Part shown: piece by piece, positions 61,101 through 64,000 of the stretch | Layout of the letters: every line of letters starts with the position of its first letter | Numbering within the stretch: position 1 is the stretch's first letter | DNA from: Phoronis australis | Taxonomy: Eukaryota; Animalia; Phoronida | Assembly (NCBI GenBank): GCA_002633005.1 | Contig: NMRA01000592.1 | Location: forward strand, 72,855 to 136,854 | Reading direction: 5' to 3' | DNA: 64,000 nt | Program-made: the position numbers and the translations under genes | Notes under the pieces: generated by a model | The model's input: the letters and a program-made list of their open reading frames with translations, nothing else | Told to the model about the DNA's origin: nothing | The model's database searches: none

Positions 61101-64000
61101 GATTCTCAGGCACAGGCAATATCCAATGCCTTGTCCAATGAGTTTGTCGTAATTCAAGGCCCGCCTGGTACTGGTAAAACGTACCTGGGCCTTAAAATAG
61201 TAGAGGTTTTGCTGAAAAACAGACCTCTATGGAACGAAGACTTTCAAGAAAACCCAATTCTAGTGGTTTGTTATACAAACCATGCTTTAGACCAATTCTT
61301 AGAAGGCATTGGCGATTTTTTCAAGGGTCGTATCATTCGCGTTGGGGGTAGAAGTAAGAATGACAAAATAGACAAGTATTTGCTAAAGAATCACCGATCA
61401 TTTTCGACAGCAGAACAAACGGATGTTGTGGTACGAAATCTTCATCATCAAGTACTAGCTACAGAAGAACGACTGAAAACATGTAGCGAGGAGCTTGAAA
61501 TTGCCGAGACAAAGATACTTCCTCTGAGTACACTGGACGCTTTCATTACTGAAGAACAGCGTTTGTCTTTCCTTAATCACAAATCGGGAACCGGTAATAC
61601 TGTAAGAGTTTGGCTTGGCTTACCGTTTGATAACGATAGCTTTCCTCGTCATTTTGAGACAGTTGCTAACGGAATATTAGACCTTAATTTATATTCATGC
61701 AGTTCCGTTGACAAAAGGAATATCGGACTTCTTAGAGAAACAAGACAGATGATCATTTCGGATGATGCTATGTCCGAAGAAGAACGCACCTCAGTTTTAA
61801 ATTTCTGGAGATTAACCATTGTAAATCGCTGGCGTCTTTATCGATATTGGAGAAATATTTATCATACGAAGTTGCAAAGTTTGGTCAAATACTATCAAAT
61901 GAACGGCTTTAGATTGGGTTTTGATGAAACCAATTCAAGAATTGAAGCTCTTTACAGAGGCGTTGTTAGTGTAGCCTACTTGCAAGGCATAGACAACGAA
62001 TTGCAAGTGTGTACACAAAAGTACAGGGGAAAGGTTCCTTTCATGGTTACCTGGCTTGGCCTTGGACCTCTCTATAGAATACTTGGCGTGGGGCCAAGCG
62101 ACATCAATTTCAGGTTGCAGACAAATGCCACATACATGTTCGCTTTTCTGCCACTCAGAGCAAAATCTAGGGAAAGTCTAGCATATATGGTAGTACAAAA
62201 ACTCAACGAACAAGATTACATGAAAGAAGACGAAGTGGTTGCAGCAGAATCGGTAGAAGATCTGTATGATTTGAATTTGGAACAACGATGGCGTTTATAC
62301 CGATCCTGGAGAAACAAGTTATTTAATATACTGTCCTCGTGTTCTCTCAGCAGGGATGGATTTTGGGCGGAGCACACGGAGACGACAATAAAATTGGAGT
62401 GTTTGTTCTCAGGAATCATTCATGAGAGATATCTTGGGGAAATTACAACATTTTGGATGAAAGGCAACTATCTACACTACAATACCGAGAAAAACGAGTC
62501 CGAATTGCTTCATTGGTTATGTCTTACTGAGGCATGCCCATGTATGCACAACGAAAACAAGCCCACTGCGAGTTTCATACGACATGCCAACAGTATCAAC
62601 ATAGAAGATGCTTCTACTAGGCGTATTGAACAACAAGAGTACACAGGGGAAGAGCGGCAGACGTTTAAGATAGGACGTCGTAAGGGTGAAAGTTTGGAGA
62701 AACTAGAAGAAATCCAAATCCAAGCAGACGATATTATGACGCCTGAAGAGGTTCAGAATGTCACAAACGTATGGCTTCTTCCCGTCAATCAAAGATGGCG
62801 ACTGTATCGGCATTGGAAGCAAAGTTTCACGGACCAGCTTCAAAATGAGCTTGACGAGTGTAAAAGAGATTACAGCTATGCCTGTCAAGCAAAAAATGAG
62901 TGTGATAGTCTAGCGGACGTGGGCACAATGCAACGTTCTGCTGTCCTAGGAATGACCACTAACTGTGCTGCAAAATACAGAGCCGCACTTGAGCGAGTCA
63001 AGCCAAGAATTGTTATTGTAGAGGAAGCAGCCGAAGTACTTGAAGCACACATAGTAACAACTCTCAGTGAAAATAGTCAGCAGCTTATTCTTATCGGTGA
63101 CCACAAACAGTTGCGACCAAACCCAAATGTTTACGACCTGGCAAAAAAATACAATCTTGAGATTTCACTGTTTGAGAGGATGATTAACAATGGCATTGTC
63201 TTCAACTGTCTGAACGTGCAGCATCGAATGCGACCGGAGATTGCTTCTCTCATGGAACCTATTTATCCAGGCCTTAGAAATCATGGAGTGGTTTACTCCT
63301 ATGAAGATATCAAAGGTATTTCATGTAACGTATACTTCATTGATCATACTGAACCAGAGACCGATGATGAAGAACTCGTGAGCAAATCTAATGAACATGA
63401 AGCTACATTTATTGCATCTTTGTGTAAATACTTACTTCAGCAAGGCTACAGGGGAGAGCAGATAACCATTTTGACCATGTACACTGGCCAGTTATTGCGA
63501 ATCAAGAGAGCAATGAAACAGTTGGAAACCACTTCTCGTTTTGCAGTACGTATTTCAGCAGTTGACAACTTTCAAGGCGAAGAAAATGACATCGTACTCC
63601 TTTCTTTAGTACGAAGCAACAACGACGGAAAGATTGGTTTTCTGAAAAGCCACAACCGCATTACTGTTGCGTTGTCTCGGGCAAAAAAAGGCTTGTACGT
63701 AATTGGAAACTTCTCTCTTCTCGCGACGTCTGACAGGTTTTGGAATGCAACTGTCGAGAAAATGAAAACAAATGGAAAACTTGGAAAGTCACTGCTGCTT
63801 TGTTGTCAAAACCATTCAGAAAATACTATACAGGTATCTACAGCAGAAGATTTCAGAAATTGTCCGGAAGGAGGATGTTTGGAGCCTTGTGATACAAAAT
63901 TATCGTGTGGACACAGGTGTCCACTGTTTTGTCACGTTTACGATCAGGAACACAACATGGTTACTTGCGAAAAGCGTTGTGATGCTGTACTTTGTAGTGA
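55184..64000 (+). CDS. ZNFX1: NFX1-type zinc finger-containing protein 1 (UPF1-like SF1 RNA helicase), 3'-partial
   Basis: Exons 55184-55356 and 55663-55737 (less certain), 57795-57937 (YLKSLVQKDASDIILEL, like the ZNFX1 N-terminal region), and 59815 to the window end with no stop codon. Motifs: DFRQLSIYPT, YLDTQFRLLREDF, SKRLMFGSLVCLS, Walker A GPPGTGKT (61158-61181), CYTNHALDQFL, IVEEAAE (~63015), LIGDHKQLRP, SLFERM, QHRMRPEI, VDNFQGEENDI, VALSRAK, then the first NFX1-type fingers (CPEGGCLEPC..LSCGHRCPLFCH). Confidence 0.95.

Overview
AT-rich, intron-rich animal (probably marine invertebrate) genomic DNA with four spliced genes that I reconstructed by hand from GT-AG junctions and phase continuity. 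(1) The 3' part of an SLC6 Na+/Cl- transporter of the inebriated (ine) type, + strand, 11 exons, 4846-25587. (2) A complete peroxisomal acyl-CoA oxidase 3, - strand, 14 coding exons, 42177-28658, ending in PTS1-like SHL. (3) Neuferricin/CYB5D2, + strand, 4 exons, 44025-49932, head-to-head with ACOX3. (4) The 5' part of a ZNFX1 helicase, + strand, from 55184 off the window end; its >4 kb exon is missing from the supplied ORF track. Introns hold many non-autonomous transposons (TA-flanked MITEs, hAT-like, Helentron-like, THAP remnant, RNase H LINE fragment). The most notable observations are a triplicated ~155-170 aa module inside the ZNFX1 helicase core, an inverted pair of minimal hammerhead ribozyme motifs in an SLC6 intron, tandem arrays anchored exactly on splice sites at five exons, and a 44-bp perfect-palindrome insertion with an 8-bp TSD. 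All calls come from reading the sequence; no database searches were run.
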